A stretch of DNA of 64,000 nt from Candidatus Nanoarchaeia archaeon (GCA_028711165.1 JAQTST010000001.1:14708-78707), one strand, 5' to 3'; shown: positions 35,049-44,278, counted from the first letter of the stretch. The notes: generated by a model from the sequence alone, not told the origin. Translations and numbers: made by a program.

Positions 35049-36142
35049 ACGAATTCTAATTCTTTTCTATCAACATTCAAGTAATCAATTATTAGTTTAT
35101 TTTCTGTATCAGCAACACAATGATGATCACAATTTAATGCAGGATTTATTTTGAAAAAGTTATCTCTATCTGAAAACCAAAATTTCTTAAAACTCTGATT
35201 TTTTATAGAACCAATCAGCCCATTATCTAAATTATAAGCTTTGTCCTGACAGGCATAAATATTTTGGTCTGCTCCGATGACAGGACGTATTTGAATATAA
35301 GGGCACCAAGCATAATCTTTTTTGAAAGAGATTACTTCTTTATTGTAAGAATCAAAGATTTCAAAATCATTTTTTTCAAAATCGAGTACAGCTTTTTTAA
35401 TTTGCTCTTTTACCTGATTAAAAAATGGTTCGTGATATAAATTGTTTTGCTCCCCATAATCACTTACAATGCAAGGAGAAACTTTTATGCTGCTGACACC
35501 GACATTTTTCAGTCTTTGTATCATTTCATAAACGTGAGAAGAATTTTTTTCACCAATAATTAAACTAACTCCGAGGCTGCATGGCCCCCCGAATTTTTTG
35601 AAATTTTCCATATTGTTCATTATTTTGGTATATTCTCCATCTTTTACCCGTCGGTATTCTGAATAACTTTTATTATCCCACCCATCCATTGATACCCTAA
35701 GCCATGTTCCTTTTTGTGCAAATAATTCTGAAACCTCTCCTTCAAGTCTCGCACCGTTAGTATAAGATCGGAATTTGATATTTGTCTTTGAAATTTTTTT
35801 TAATACGTCCAAAAGATAAGGATAACAAAATGGTTCACCTCCTCCGCTAAAAGTAACCGCCTTAACTTTCATCGAATCCAAATCGTCGATAATTTCTATC
35901 AGTTTATTCTTTGGGATAAAATCTTTTATTACCATATCTTTTCCAAGCTGCAAACATTCGGCCCGATAAGAACAATAACTACAATTATGATTGCATGAAT
36001 TTGTCGGTTTTATTCTTACATGAATCGGAGAAGAAATTTTACTTTCCTTAAAAGAGGTTAATTTGTCTGGAAAATGAAATATTTTTGTTTTTGCGTATGA
36101 TTTCCCCATAGTTTCGAAAGTAACTTTTACATATATAAACAT
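35045..36142 (-). CDS. radical SAM protein (same family as 31465, 32516 and 43199)
   Basis: 'KIFHFPDKL...IKPTNSCNHNCSYCSY', 'FSGGGEPFCY', C-terminal Cys pairs. Confidence 0.8.
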   Translation of the reverse strand: MFIYVKVTFETMGKSYAKTKIFHFPDKLTSFKESKISSPIHVRIKPTNSCNHNCSYCSYRAECLQLGKDMVIKDFIPKNKLIEIIDDLDSMKVKAVTFSGGGEPFCYPYLLDVLKKISKTNIKFRSYTNGARLEGEVSELFAQKGTWLRVSMDGWDNKSYSEYRRVKDGEYTKIMNNMENFKKFGGPCSLGVSLIIGEKNSSHVYEMIQRLKNVGVSSIKVSPCIVSDYGEQNNLYHEPFFNQVKEQIKKAVLDFEKNDFEIFDSYNKEVISFKKDYAWCPYIQIRPVIGADQNIYACQDKAYNLDNGLIGSIKNQSFKKFWFSDRDNFFKINPALNCDHHCVADTENKLIIDYLNVDRKELEFV

Positions 36143-36192
36143 TATTGTTATGAGATATAAATTCTTAAAAAGATAAAATAAATTTATCTGTT
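36143..36192. promoter_or_regulatory. 50-bp divergent intergenic region with one central shared TATA-like element
   Basis: 'cttaaaaag' (36164..36172) lies 22-30 nt from the minus-strand ATG (36142) and 21-29 nt from the plus-strand ATG (36193). Confidence 0.4.
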
Positions 36193-37440
36193 ATGGAATC
36201 ATCTATAAAAAAAAGAAATAATTGCAGACTGTGTAATGGGGGACTCGAAAAGATGTTCAGCCTTGCTCCAACGCCGCCAGGAGATAAATATTTGCCAGAA
36301 AAAGATTTTGTTAAAAAAGAGGCAAAATATCCATTAAATATTGTTTCATGCAATAAGTGCGGACTTTTGCAATTAGAACACACGGTTAATCCCAAGATAT
36401 TATATAGAGATTATATTTATTTGACTTCTAATTCTCTCGGATTAGTTGAACATTTCAAAAAATACGCAGAAACTTCTCTTGAAGAAATTGATATTCCAGA
36501 ACAAAGCTTGGTGATAGATATTGGATGTAATGATGGAACATTGCTCAATCATTTTAAAACTCTTGGCATGAAACCCCTGGGAATTGAACCCGCGAAAAAA
36601 TGTGCTGAAATAACCAGAGGAAAAGGAATTCCTGTAATTGAAGATTTTTTGAATCGGGATGTTGTTCAAAAAGTTTCACAAGAATATGGGAAGGCAAAGA
36701 TTATTACTGCCAATAATGTTTTCGCCAATATAGACAATCTTGGAGAAACAATAAGAAATATTAAAGATATGCTTTCACCAACAGGAGTTTTTATTTTTGA
36801 AACAGGGTATATGCCGGATGCAATAGCAAATAATATTTTTGATAATCTTTATCATGAACATCTATCCTATTTTTCTGTTGGTCCACTTAAATCTTTTTTT
36901 GAATCTGAAGATATGGAAATTTTTGATATCAAACATCTTCCAACAAAAGGGGGTTCAATAAGGGGAATGGTTCAATTTAAAGGAGAGGAGAAGAAAATAT
37001 CTGATTCTGTGAAATATCAATTAGATTTTGAAGAGAATATGAAAATTCGTGATAAAAAAACATTCAAAGGATTTTATGAGAGAATAAAAAAAGAAGGTGA
37101 AGAGATAAAAAGGACAATTAAAGAGATTAAATCGAAGGGGAAGATTGTTGCAGGATATGGTGCATCTGTAGGAGTTACAACAATGTTATATGAATGGGAT
37201 ATGGGAGGATTAATAGATTTTTTAATAGATGATAATCAGATGAGGCATAATTTGCTGAGCCCCGGACTTGGATTGAGAGTATATCCTCCAACATCCTTAA
37301 AAGAAAAAAAACCAGAAGCAGTATGCATATTCGCCTGGAGATATTCTGATCCAATAATAAATAAAAATAAAGAATATATAAAAGAAGGTGGGAGATTTAT
37401 TGTTCCCTTTTCAAATTCAGATATTACAAAAACATATTAA
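36193..37440 (+). CDS. NDP-hexose C-methyltransferase (TylCIII-type: Zn-ribbon, SAM methyltransferase core and C-methyltransferase C-terminal domain)
   Basis: 'CRLCNG...CNKCGLLQL', SAM motif 'VIDIGCNDGTLL', C-terminal 'KIVAGYGASVGVTTML...DDNQ'. Confidence 0.8.
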   Translation: MESSIKKRNNCRLCNGGLEKMFSLAPTPPGDKYLPEKDFVKKEAKYPLNIVSCNKCGLLQLEHTVNPKILYRDYIYLTSNSLGLVEHFKKYAETSLEEIDIPEQSLVIDIGCNDGTLLNHFKTLGMKPLGIEPAKKCAEITRGKGIPVIEDFLNRDVVQKVSQEYGKAKIITANNVFANIDNLGETIRNIKDMLSPTGVFIFETGYMPDAIANNIFDNLYHEHLSYFSVGPLKSFFESEDMEIFDIKHLPTKGGSIRGMVQFKGEEKKISDSVKYQLDFEENMKIRDKKTFKGFYERIKKEGEEIKRTIKEIKSKGKIVAGYGASVGVTTMLYEWDMGGLIDFLIDDNQMRHNLLSPGLGLRVYPPTSLKEKKPEAVCIFAWRYSDPIINKNKEYIKEGGRFIVPFSNSDITKTY

Positions 37441-37441
37441 G

Positions 37442-38245
37442 ATGAACAAAGAAATATTAATTCTGGGGGCATCAGGACTATTGGGAAAAGAGATTTATAA
37501 TTTCCTTGGAGAAAAAAATTGTGCGGGGACTACATTTAGAAAAGATATCAAGAATCTTATCAGAACAGATTTAACCGCAGGAGATAATTTAGAGAAGGTT
37601 TTGGAGGAAGTTAACCCTGAAATAATAATAAACTGCCTTAATCTCGGAGGTTTTCTTGACCCAAATCCAGAGCAAACGAAAAAAGTAAATTACGAAATAA
37701 ATGAAAAGTTGTCAAAAATATTTAATAAAAAAATAATATTTTTTTCAACTGACAGTGTATTCGACGGAGAAAGAGGAGATTATATTGAAACGGATAAACC
37801 AAATCCAATAAATAATTATGGGACGACAAAATATCTTGGTGAACAAGTTTTGCTCCAAAATAAAAAAAATTCTTTAATCTTGAGGCTGGGAATTTTATAT
37901 AGAGATGTTAATAGTGGGGGGTACATGAAATTTGTTTATGATAATTTAAGTCAAGGAAAAATGATAGACAGCTGGAAAGAAATTGTTAGTTGCCCAACAC
38001 ACATCGATGATGTTTGCACTTATATGGATTATTTATTAAAACAAGATGCTTCGGGAATTTACCATCTGGTGGGAAGTGAAAAAATGTCAAGATATGATTT
38101 TGCAATAAAGATAGCAGATAAATTCGGACTGAATAAAAGTTTGATAAATTGTCCTGTTTATTCTGGAGAAATAAAAAGACCAAAAGACACTTCAATGAAG
38201 AGCATACGGTTAAAAACAAAATTAAGAGGTATTGAATTTGGTTGA
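37442..38245 (+). CDS. RmlD-like NDP-4-keto-sugar reductase (SDR)
   Basis: 'ILILGASGLLGKEIY', 'YGTTK'. About 267 aa. ATG 2 nt after the upstream stop. Confidence 0.7.
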   Translation: MNKEILILGASGLLGKEIYNFLGEKNCAGTTFRKDIKNLIRTDLTAGDNLEKVLEEVNPEIIINCLNLGGFLDPNPEQTKKVNYEINEKLSKIFNKKIIFFSTDSVFDGERGDYIETDKPNPINNYGTTKYLGEQVLLQNKKNSLILRLGILYRDVNSGGYMKFVYDNLSQGKMIDSWKEIVSCPTHIDDVCTYMDYLLKQDASGIYHLVGSEKMSRYDFAIKIADKFGLNKSLINCPVYSGEIKRPKDTSMKSIRLKTKLRGIEFG

Positions 38246-39389
38246 AAGTTTTTTGGAGTTTTATGGAAAGCATGAGATATCTCCTGTGAGACAAGATTTA
38301 TCTGATTATAAAAAACATACAGAAAGAAGAAGAGAATTGTACAGACATCTGGGACTACTTCCTACTTCATTCAAAGATAAAAAAATTCTTGAAGTTGGTC
38401 CGGGGGGAGGATATAATTCTCTAGTTATTGCAGACTGGGAACCAAGTTTATATGTATTAATTGAAGCAAATAAGACAGGAATAAACGATATAAAAAGAAA
38501 TTTTGCGGGCCATCCCATTCTCGAAAAAAAAGGGTTACAACTCATAGAAAAAAGATTGGAAGAAACTTCTCTGGATGAAAAATTTGATATTGTTTTATGT
38601 GAACAAACAATCCCGCATAATAAAAATCAAAAAGATTTATTGAATAAATTAGATGAGTTCACAAAAGAAGGAGGTATTATGGTGCTGACATGCATAGATG
38701 AGATTTCGAGTTATTTTGAAATTATGAAAAGATATTTTGGATTTCAACTTGTCAAGGGCAAAGAAGATTTCAGAGAAAAAGTAAATATATTAGTAGATGC
38801 TTTGGGTCCCCATAAAAGAACTCTAAGCGGAAGCAGCAGGTTTGAAGAAGATTGGGTTATAGATAATTTCCTTAATGAAGCTGTGCATAATTCATTATTC
38901 TCGATGGGAGATTGTATAAATTTTTTCAGAGAAAAATATCAAATTTATAACACATCTCCAAAAATTTTCACAGATTACAGATGGTTTAAGAAAATTCCCG
39001 AAGAAGATGGAAAACATAATGAAGTTTGTTTAGAGCAATTTAATTGCCTTATGCATAATTTCTTTTATACAGAAAAAATATTTGATAAGAGAAAATCATC
39101 ACAAAATTTAGAACTTCTTGATTTGTGCAAAGAGGCCAGAAAATGGGCATACCTAAATGAATTTGAAAATAAAGAAATTAAAAAAGAGATGGGAAGAAAT
39201 ATTGGGAAGATTATAGAAAATGCAGGATATTTAGATAAAGATATATTAAATTCTCTAAAAGATATTTATAGATTAAACAAAAAAGAAAAGTTAACTATAG
39301 AAGATTTAGGAAAGAACTGCAAACATTTTATGAAAGCGTTTGGCAAATGTTCCCAGTATATAAGTTTGACAAAAAATAATTCTATTTGA
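38232..39389 (+). CDS. SAM-dependent methyltransferase
   Basis: 'ILEVGPGGGYNS' motif I. There is no in-frame ATG near the 5' end, so the start is probably TTG at 38232 or 38238 (GAGGT at 38226..38230). Confidence 0.6.
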   Translation: MNLVESFLEFYGKHEISPVRQDLSDYKKHTERRRELYRHLGLLPTSFKDKKILEVGPGGGYNSLVIADWEPSLYVLIEANKTGINDIKRNFAGHPILEKKGLQLIEKRLEETSLDEKFDIVLCEQTIPHNKNQKDLLNKLDEFTKEGGIMVLTCIDEISSYFEIMKRYFGFQLVKGKEDFREKVNILVDALGPHKRTLSGSSRFEEDWVIDNFLNEAVHNSLFSMGDCINFFREKYQIYNTSPKIFTDYRWFKKIPEEDGKHNEVCLEQFNCLMHNFFYTEKIFDKRKSSQNLELLDLCKEARKWAYLNEFENKEIKKEMGRNIGKIIENAGYLDKDILNSLKDIYRLNKKEKLTIEDLGKNCKHFMKAFGKCSQYISLTKNNSI

Positions 39390-40236
39390 AGAATTTAAGA
39401 TATCTATCAATTTCTGGAAAATCAATGTTTAAATCTCTTTTAAGCTTCTCGTTATTTATAGTTAAATCAGAAGGTAATGGCTCTGAAAAACCAAATTCTC
39501 TTATTGAACAAGGAACTATTTTTCCCGAGGAGATATTTAATTCTCTTTTTAATAAATTTGCTAATTCAAATCTGTCTGAAGAATCAATCGAAGCAACATT
39601 ATAAAGACCGTACAAATTTTCATCAAGCATCTTGTCAACTATTTTCACTAGATCACCAATATAAGTAAGGCTGAATTTTTGGTCATCGGCACATTTGAGA
39701 ATTTTGTCTTCTTTTAAATCTTTAATTAAAGAAGTTAGTAAAGTTCCGTCACCAGAATCTGTTCCAAAAACACGGCTTAGTCTCAAGATTAAATATTTCT
39801 CATTGCTGTTTAATAAGAAATCTTCTATAGTTTTTTTATGTTTTCCATAATGGTAGTAAGGACTCGTTTCATCATTTTCAGCATAATTTCCTTTTTTCCC
39901 GTCGAAAACTCTATCGGAAGATAAAAAAATAGGGATGATATTTTTCTCAAAAAGTTGATTTATGAGATTCTGAGTTCCTAAAACATTAATCTTGTAAGTT
40001 TCATCAGAATTTGTTTCACAATCTTTTATCTTGGATTTGGCCGAGCAAATGATTGCATGAGTTATTTTATTAAAATTTATATCAAGAGTATCTAATGATG
40101 GATTTTTTAAATCAAGATATCTTAAATTTTTCTTTGGAGAAGTAAAATAAGTCCCTACGCTATCTTTTCCTGTTTCAGAAAAATAATCTAAAATATTTTT
40201 TCCTATATAACCTGATGCACCTATAATTAATTCCAT
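39382..40236 (-). CDS. RmlD-like NDP-sugar reductase/epimerase (SDR)
   Basis: 'LIIGASGYIGKNI', 'YGKHK', 'SSDRVFDG'. Confidence 0.7.
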   Translation of the reverse strand: MELIIGASGYIGKNILDYFSETGKDSVGTYFTSPKKNLRYLDLKNPSLDTLDINFNKITHAIICSAKSKIKDCETNSDETYKINVLGTQNLINQLFEKNIIPIFLSSDRVFDGKKGNYAENDETSPYYHYGKHKKTIEDFLLNSNEKYLILRLSRVFGTDSGDGTLLTSLIKDLKEDKILKCADDQKFSLTYIGDLVKIVDKMLDENLYGLYNVASIDSSDRFELANLLKRELNISSGKIVPCSIREFGFSEPLPSDLTINNEKLKRDLNIDFPEIDRYLKFFK

Positions 40237-40239
40237 AGA

Positions 40240-41181
40240 TTAGTAAATTTTTTTCTCTTCTAAATCCCAGATGTTACAACCGCGACAAAGAGGAATATCA
40301 TTTCGTTTATTAGAAGAATGTATTTTTCGTATTTCTTCATAAGCTTCTGAATTCCAAATTTCTTTTATAGTAGAAGAATTTAAATCCCCAAGGTTAAACG
40401 AAGGTTCATAATCTACACCACAAAGCGGAACTTTCCCGTCATAAAGAGAAACCAGCGTAGACCAAGGAGAAATGCAGGGGATATTTGAATATTTTTCAAG
40501 CATCTCAGTATCACATTTTTTTAATTTATTCCCCCAAGTATTCATCTCTTTGGAGCAGACAATATCCTGTTCAGAAATTTTAGAAAGCCAAAAGTTTTTC
40601 CATTGAGTTTCCTCATTCCGATTTTCATCCTGCAGAACCATTCTTATCCTTATACGAGGTTTGTTTCCTTTTTCATTTCTTAATCTGATAAATTGAAGAC
40701 AGTTTTCAACTACATTTTCAAAGTCGAGTCCATAGCGAATAGATTCAAAAGTCTCTTTTGTGTATCCATCAATGGAAAATCGTATATCATCAAGCCCAGA
40801 TTCAATTAGTTCAAGAGATTTTTTCTTATTCAATAGAGAAGCATTTGTAGAAAAAGTTACATCTTTTATTCCATAATTTTTCAGAGTCTTAATTTTGTCT
40901 ACGAGATTTTTATCTAATAAGGGTTCTCCGTTTCTTGACAAACATACTGAATTTATCCACGACGAATATCCTGACATTTCAGAAGAGATTTTATCGAATA
41001 ATTTTTTTTCCATTCTGCCATAATCTTCTGGGTGTTTCCAGATAGGACACATTTTGCATTTTGCATTACAAGCATGAACCGTTTCAATTTCAAAATATTT
41101 TGGAAAAAATGAAGAATCTGAAAGATTAGTTAGATTAAGCCGATTTGCCAGAGATTTAAGCTCGGTCTCTATATCTTTCAT
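40240..41181 (-). CDS. radical SAM protein with SPASM-like domain
   Basis: 'CNAKCKMCPIW', 'NGEPLLDK', 'VPLCGVD...LCRGCN'. Confidence 0.85.
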   Translation of the reverse strand: MKDIETELKSLANRLNLTNLSDSSFFPKYFEIETVHACNAKCKMCPIWKHPEDYGRMEKKLFDKISSEMSGYSSWINSVCLSRNGEPLLDKNLVDKIKTLKNYGIKDVTFSTNASLLNKKKSLELIESGLDDIRFSIDGYTKETFESIRYGLDFENVVENCLQFIRLRNEKGNKPRIRIRMVLQDENRNEETQWKNFWLSKISEQDIVCSKEMNTWGNKLKKCDTEMLEKYSNIPCISPWSTLVSLYDGKVPLCGVDYEPSFNLGDLNSSTIKEIWNSEAYEEIRKIHSSNKRNDIPLCRGCNIWDLEEKKIY

Positions 41182-41267
41182 TTTTGTAGAATAAAAAAAT
41201 TGTATAAAAAGATTGTTGTGGTATAGATTACATAAATATTTATAAGTTCATTATAAAACTTATAAGA
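41182..41267. promoter_or_regulatory. divergent promoter region with two TATA-like boxes
   Basis: 'tataaaaa' (41203..41210) lies 22-29 nt upstream of the minus-strand ATG (41181). 'aatatttataag' (41235..41246) lies 22-33 nt upstream of the ATG at 41268. Confidence 0.4.
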
Positions 41268-41930
41268 ATGGGAAAGTTAATGGAGATTATTACATCATTG
41301 CATAAAAAAACAGAGAGAAATTATCTTGCAAGGATGATAGACGATAAGGTAGAGTGTATGAAAGTCGCTAAAGAATATGGCAAAGAGTTTTGGGATGGTG
41401 ACAGAAAATATGGCTATGGCGGATATCATTATGATGGAAGACAAAAGAGAATATCAGATGGATTGATAAAAGCATACAATCTTGAGAAAGATGCAAAGAT
41501 ATTGGATGTTGGATGCGGCAAAGGATATTTAATTTACGAACTTCAAGAGGCAGTTCCAACAAAAAATGTGAGCGGATTTGACATTTCATCTTATGCATTA
41601 GAAAACTGCAAAGAGGAGATAAAATCTAAAATTTTCAGACATGAAGCACAAACAAAATATCCTTTCAAGGATAAGGAATTTGACTTGGCAATCTCAATAA
41701 CAACATTGCATAATCTTCCTATAAGTGATTTAAAAAGTGCACTACAGGAAATAGAAAGAGTTGGGAAAGAAAAGTATGTTGCTGTTGAAAGTTTTAGAAA
41801 TGATAAGGAACTATTTAATCTCCAATGCTGGGCACTTACGTGCAATTCTTTTTTTGGCCCCGACGAGTGGAAATGGATTTTTAATGAATTTGGATATACC
41901 GGAGATTACGAGTTTATTTATTTCGAATAA
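41268..41930 (+). CDS. class I SAM-dependent methyltransferase
   Basis: 'ILDVGCGKGYLIYEL' motif I. Confidence 0.75.
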   Translation: MGKLMEIITSLHKKTERNYLARMIDDKVECMKVAKEYGKEFWDGDRKYGYGGYHYDGRQKRISDGLIKAYNLEKDAKILDVGCGKGYLIYELQEAVPTKNVSGFDISSYALENCKEEIKSKIFRHEAQTKYPFKDKEFDLAISITTLHNLPISDLKSALQEIERVGKEKYVAVESFRNDKELFNLQCWALTCNSFFGPDEWKWIFNEFGYTGDYEFIYFE

Positions 41931-41935
41931 TTAAA

Positions 41936-42673
41936 ATGGATATTTTAGAATTAGAATTTAAAGCAAGAGAGCTGAGAAAAAAAGTCTTAGATTTGTCGAT
42001 GAAAGAAGGCGAGGCGCATTTGGGGGGAAGTTTTTCTGAGATAGAAATTTTAGTTTCTCTTTATAATAAAATATTACAACCAGAAGATAAATTTATCTTA
42101 AGTAAAGGGCATGCAAGCACCCCCTTTTATTTATTGTTAAGGGAAAAAGGATATAACCCAATTATTCAAACTCACCCTGATTTAGATGAAAAAAATGGAA
42201 TATTTGCGACGACAGGAAGTCTTGGACATGGCTTGCCAATAGCAGTTGGGATGGCTCTTGCTAGAAAAAAAATGAATAGAAGTGGAAGGATTTATGTTTT
42301 ACTTGGAGACGGAGAATGTCAGGAAGGAACCATATGGGAAGCAGCAGATGTAGCCTGCCATTATAGATTAGATAATTTAACAGTAATTGTTGATCATAAT
42401 AAATTACAGGCGTTATGTAAGATAGAGGAGATTTCCCCTACATTTTTGAAATCAAAATTTCAGGCTTTTGGTTGTTATGTTACTGAAATCGACGGACATA
42501 ATTTTAAAGAGATTATTTCTGCTTTTGAAAATACTCCGGCAGGAAAGCCCTATGTGATAATAGCAAATACTGTAAAGGGTAAGGGGGTGAGTTATATGCA
42601 AAATGACCCAAAATGGCATACAAGATTGCCAAATGAAGAAGAATTAAGAAAAGCATATGATGAATTAAAATGA
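41936..42673 (+). CDS. transketolase, N-terminal (PP/ThDP-binding) subunit
   Basis: 'HLGGSFS', 'GSLGHGLPIAVGMA', 'LLGDGECQEG'. Confidence 0.85.
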   Translation: MDILELEFKARELRKKVLDLSMKEGEAHLGGSFSEIEILVSLYNKILQPEDKFILSKGHASTPFYLLLREKGYNPIIQTHPDLDEKNGIFATTGSLGHGLPIAVGMALARKKMNRSGRIYVLLGDGECQEGTIWEAADVACHYRLDNLTVIVDHNKLQALCKIEEISPTFLKSKFQAFGCYVTEIDGHNFKEIISAFENTPAGKPYVIIANTVKGKGVSYMQNDPKWHTRLPNEEELRKAYDELK

Positions 42674-43149
42674 GAAAAATTTTCGGGAAGGTTATCACAG
42701 AACTTGCAGAAAAAGACAAAGATATTTTTTTAATCGTCGGAGATATTGGCTATGGAATTTTTGACGAATTCAGAAATAAATTTTGTGACAGATTTATCAA
42801 TGTCGGAATTCGAGAACAAAGCATGATAAGCATTGCAGCAGGAATGGCTCTTGAAGGATTAAAACCATATGTGTTTACAATAACTCCTTTTCTTATCGAA
42901 AGACCTTTTGAACAAATAAAAATTGATATTGATCAACAAAATGTCAATGTTAAATTGGTAGGATATGCGGATTATCCAAAACAGGGTCCGACACATGCCG
43001 AATTAGATGCAGAAAAATTAATGAATATTTTAAAAAATACTAAAAATTATTTTCCAAGTAATGCAGATGAGACCAGGAAAGCGCTGATAGAATCTTACGA
43101 AAATAAAAAGCCGACATTTATCAGTTTAAAAAAAGATAAAGTAAATTGA
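42670..43149 (+). CDS. transketolase pyrimidine-binding subunit, short form (no C-terminal TKC domain)
   Basis: 'FINVGIREQSMISIAAGMALEGLKP'. Only 159 aa, ending where the C-terminal domain would begin. ATGA overlap with the N-terminal subunit. Confidence 0.75.
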   Translation: MRKIFGKVITELAEKDKDIFLIVGDIGYGIFDEFRNKFCDRFINVGIREQSMISIAAGMALEGLKPYVFTITPFLIERPFEQIKIDIDQQNVNVKLVGYADYPKQGPTHAELDAEKLMNILKNTKNYFPSNADETRKALIESYENKKPTFISLKKDKVN

Positions 43150-43164
43150 TGTATCCCATCACAT

Positions 43165-43177
43165 AAATATTTTTAAT
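43165..43177 (+). promoter_or_regulatory. TATA-like box
   Basis: 'aaatatttttaat' lies 22-34 nt upstream of the ATG at 43199. Confidence 0.35.
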
Positions 43178-43198
43178 AGATTTTATTATTCTTAGATT

Positions 43199-44248
43199 AT
43201 GGGTTCAGATATAGATAGTCATAAACTAATGTATCATCCAGAGAGAGTTAATGACTGGAAAAAGACTGATGATTGTTTTCCAATTTATGTTGAAATTGAA
43301 TTGACTAATTGCTGCAATCACCGATGCACTTTTTGCGGACTTGATTGGGCGAGAGGAAAAAATATTATTAGCTCAGAAATAATGTATAAACTTATAGACG
43401 AATTGGCAGATGGGGGGGTAAAGTCGGTATGTTTTGCAGGAGCAGGAGAACCAACTCTTCATAAAGATTTAAAGGGTTTTTTAAGAAAATGCCACTCACA
43501 GAGAATAGATTCATCTATCTCAACTAATGCAGTTTTATTTACAAAAGAAATTGCTGAAGAATGTATGCCTTATCTTTCATGGATAAGATTTAGCGTCGAT
43601 GCTGCAAGTTCAAAAACTCATGCTTTACTCCACGGAACTTCTGAGTCTGACTTTGAAAAAGTTAAAAAAAATATACAAGATGCAGTAGAGATTAAAAAGA
43701 AAAATAATTATCCAGTCGTTTTGGGGGTGCAATTTTTACTTTTGCCCGAAAATGAAAAAGAGGTTATAGAATTTGTAAAAATATTCAAAGAGATTGGTGT
43801 TGATAATGTTCAGATTAAACCATATTCTCAAAATCCAAATAGTATAAATAAAATGAATATTGACTATCAAAAATTTGATTATCTTGAAAAAGAATTAGCA
43901 GGATTATCCAGTGAAAAATTTTCTGTGATTTACAGGGGTAATAGAATGAGCCAATTATCACATGAGCAAGATTATTGCGAATGTTACGGGCTTCCCTTTT
44001 TCTCTATAATCACTTCTGAAGGGAATGTAATGCCCTGTCATCTTTATTTTGGAAAAGAATATTATTCATATGGAAATATTAATACAAAAACTTTTAAAGA
44101 AATATGGAGAAGTGCGAGAAGAAAAGAAATCGTCGAAGAAATAAAAAAGATGGGAGTGTCTCATTGCAAAAAAGGATGCAGACTTGATTCAATTAATAAG
44201 TATCTTTATAGGATAAAAAATCCTCTTCCGCATGATAATTTTATATGA
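43199..44248 (+). CDS. radical SAM protein (same family as 31465, 32516 and 35045)
   Basis: 'HKLMYHPERV...ELTNCCNHRCTFC', 'FAGAGEPTLH', ends in 'PHDNFI'. Confidence 0.85.
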   Translation: MGSDIDSHKLMYHPERVNDWKKTDDCFPIYVEIELTNCCNHRCTFCGLDWARGKNIISSEIMYKLIDELADGGVKSVCFAGAGEPTLHKDLKGFLRKCHSQRIDSSISTNAVLFTKEIAEECMPYLSWIRFSVDAASSKTHALLHGTSESDFEKVKKNIQDAVEIKKKNNYPVVLGVQFLLLPENEKEVIEFVKIFKEIGVDNVQIKPYSQNPNSINKMNIDYQKFDYLEKELAGLSSEKFSVIYRGNRMSQLSHEQDYCECYGLPFFSIITSEGNVMPCHLYFGKEYYSYGNINTKTFKEIWRSARRKEIVEEIKKMGVSHCKKGCRLDSINKYLYRIKNPLPHDNFI

Positions 44249-44278
44249 TTAATAAAAGATATATCATACCTATATAAT

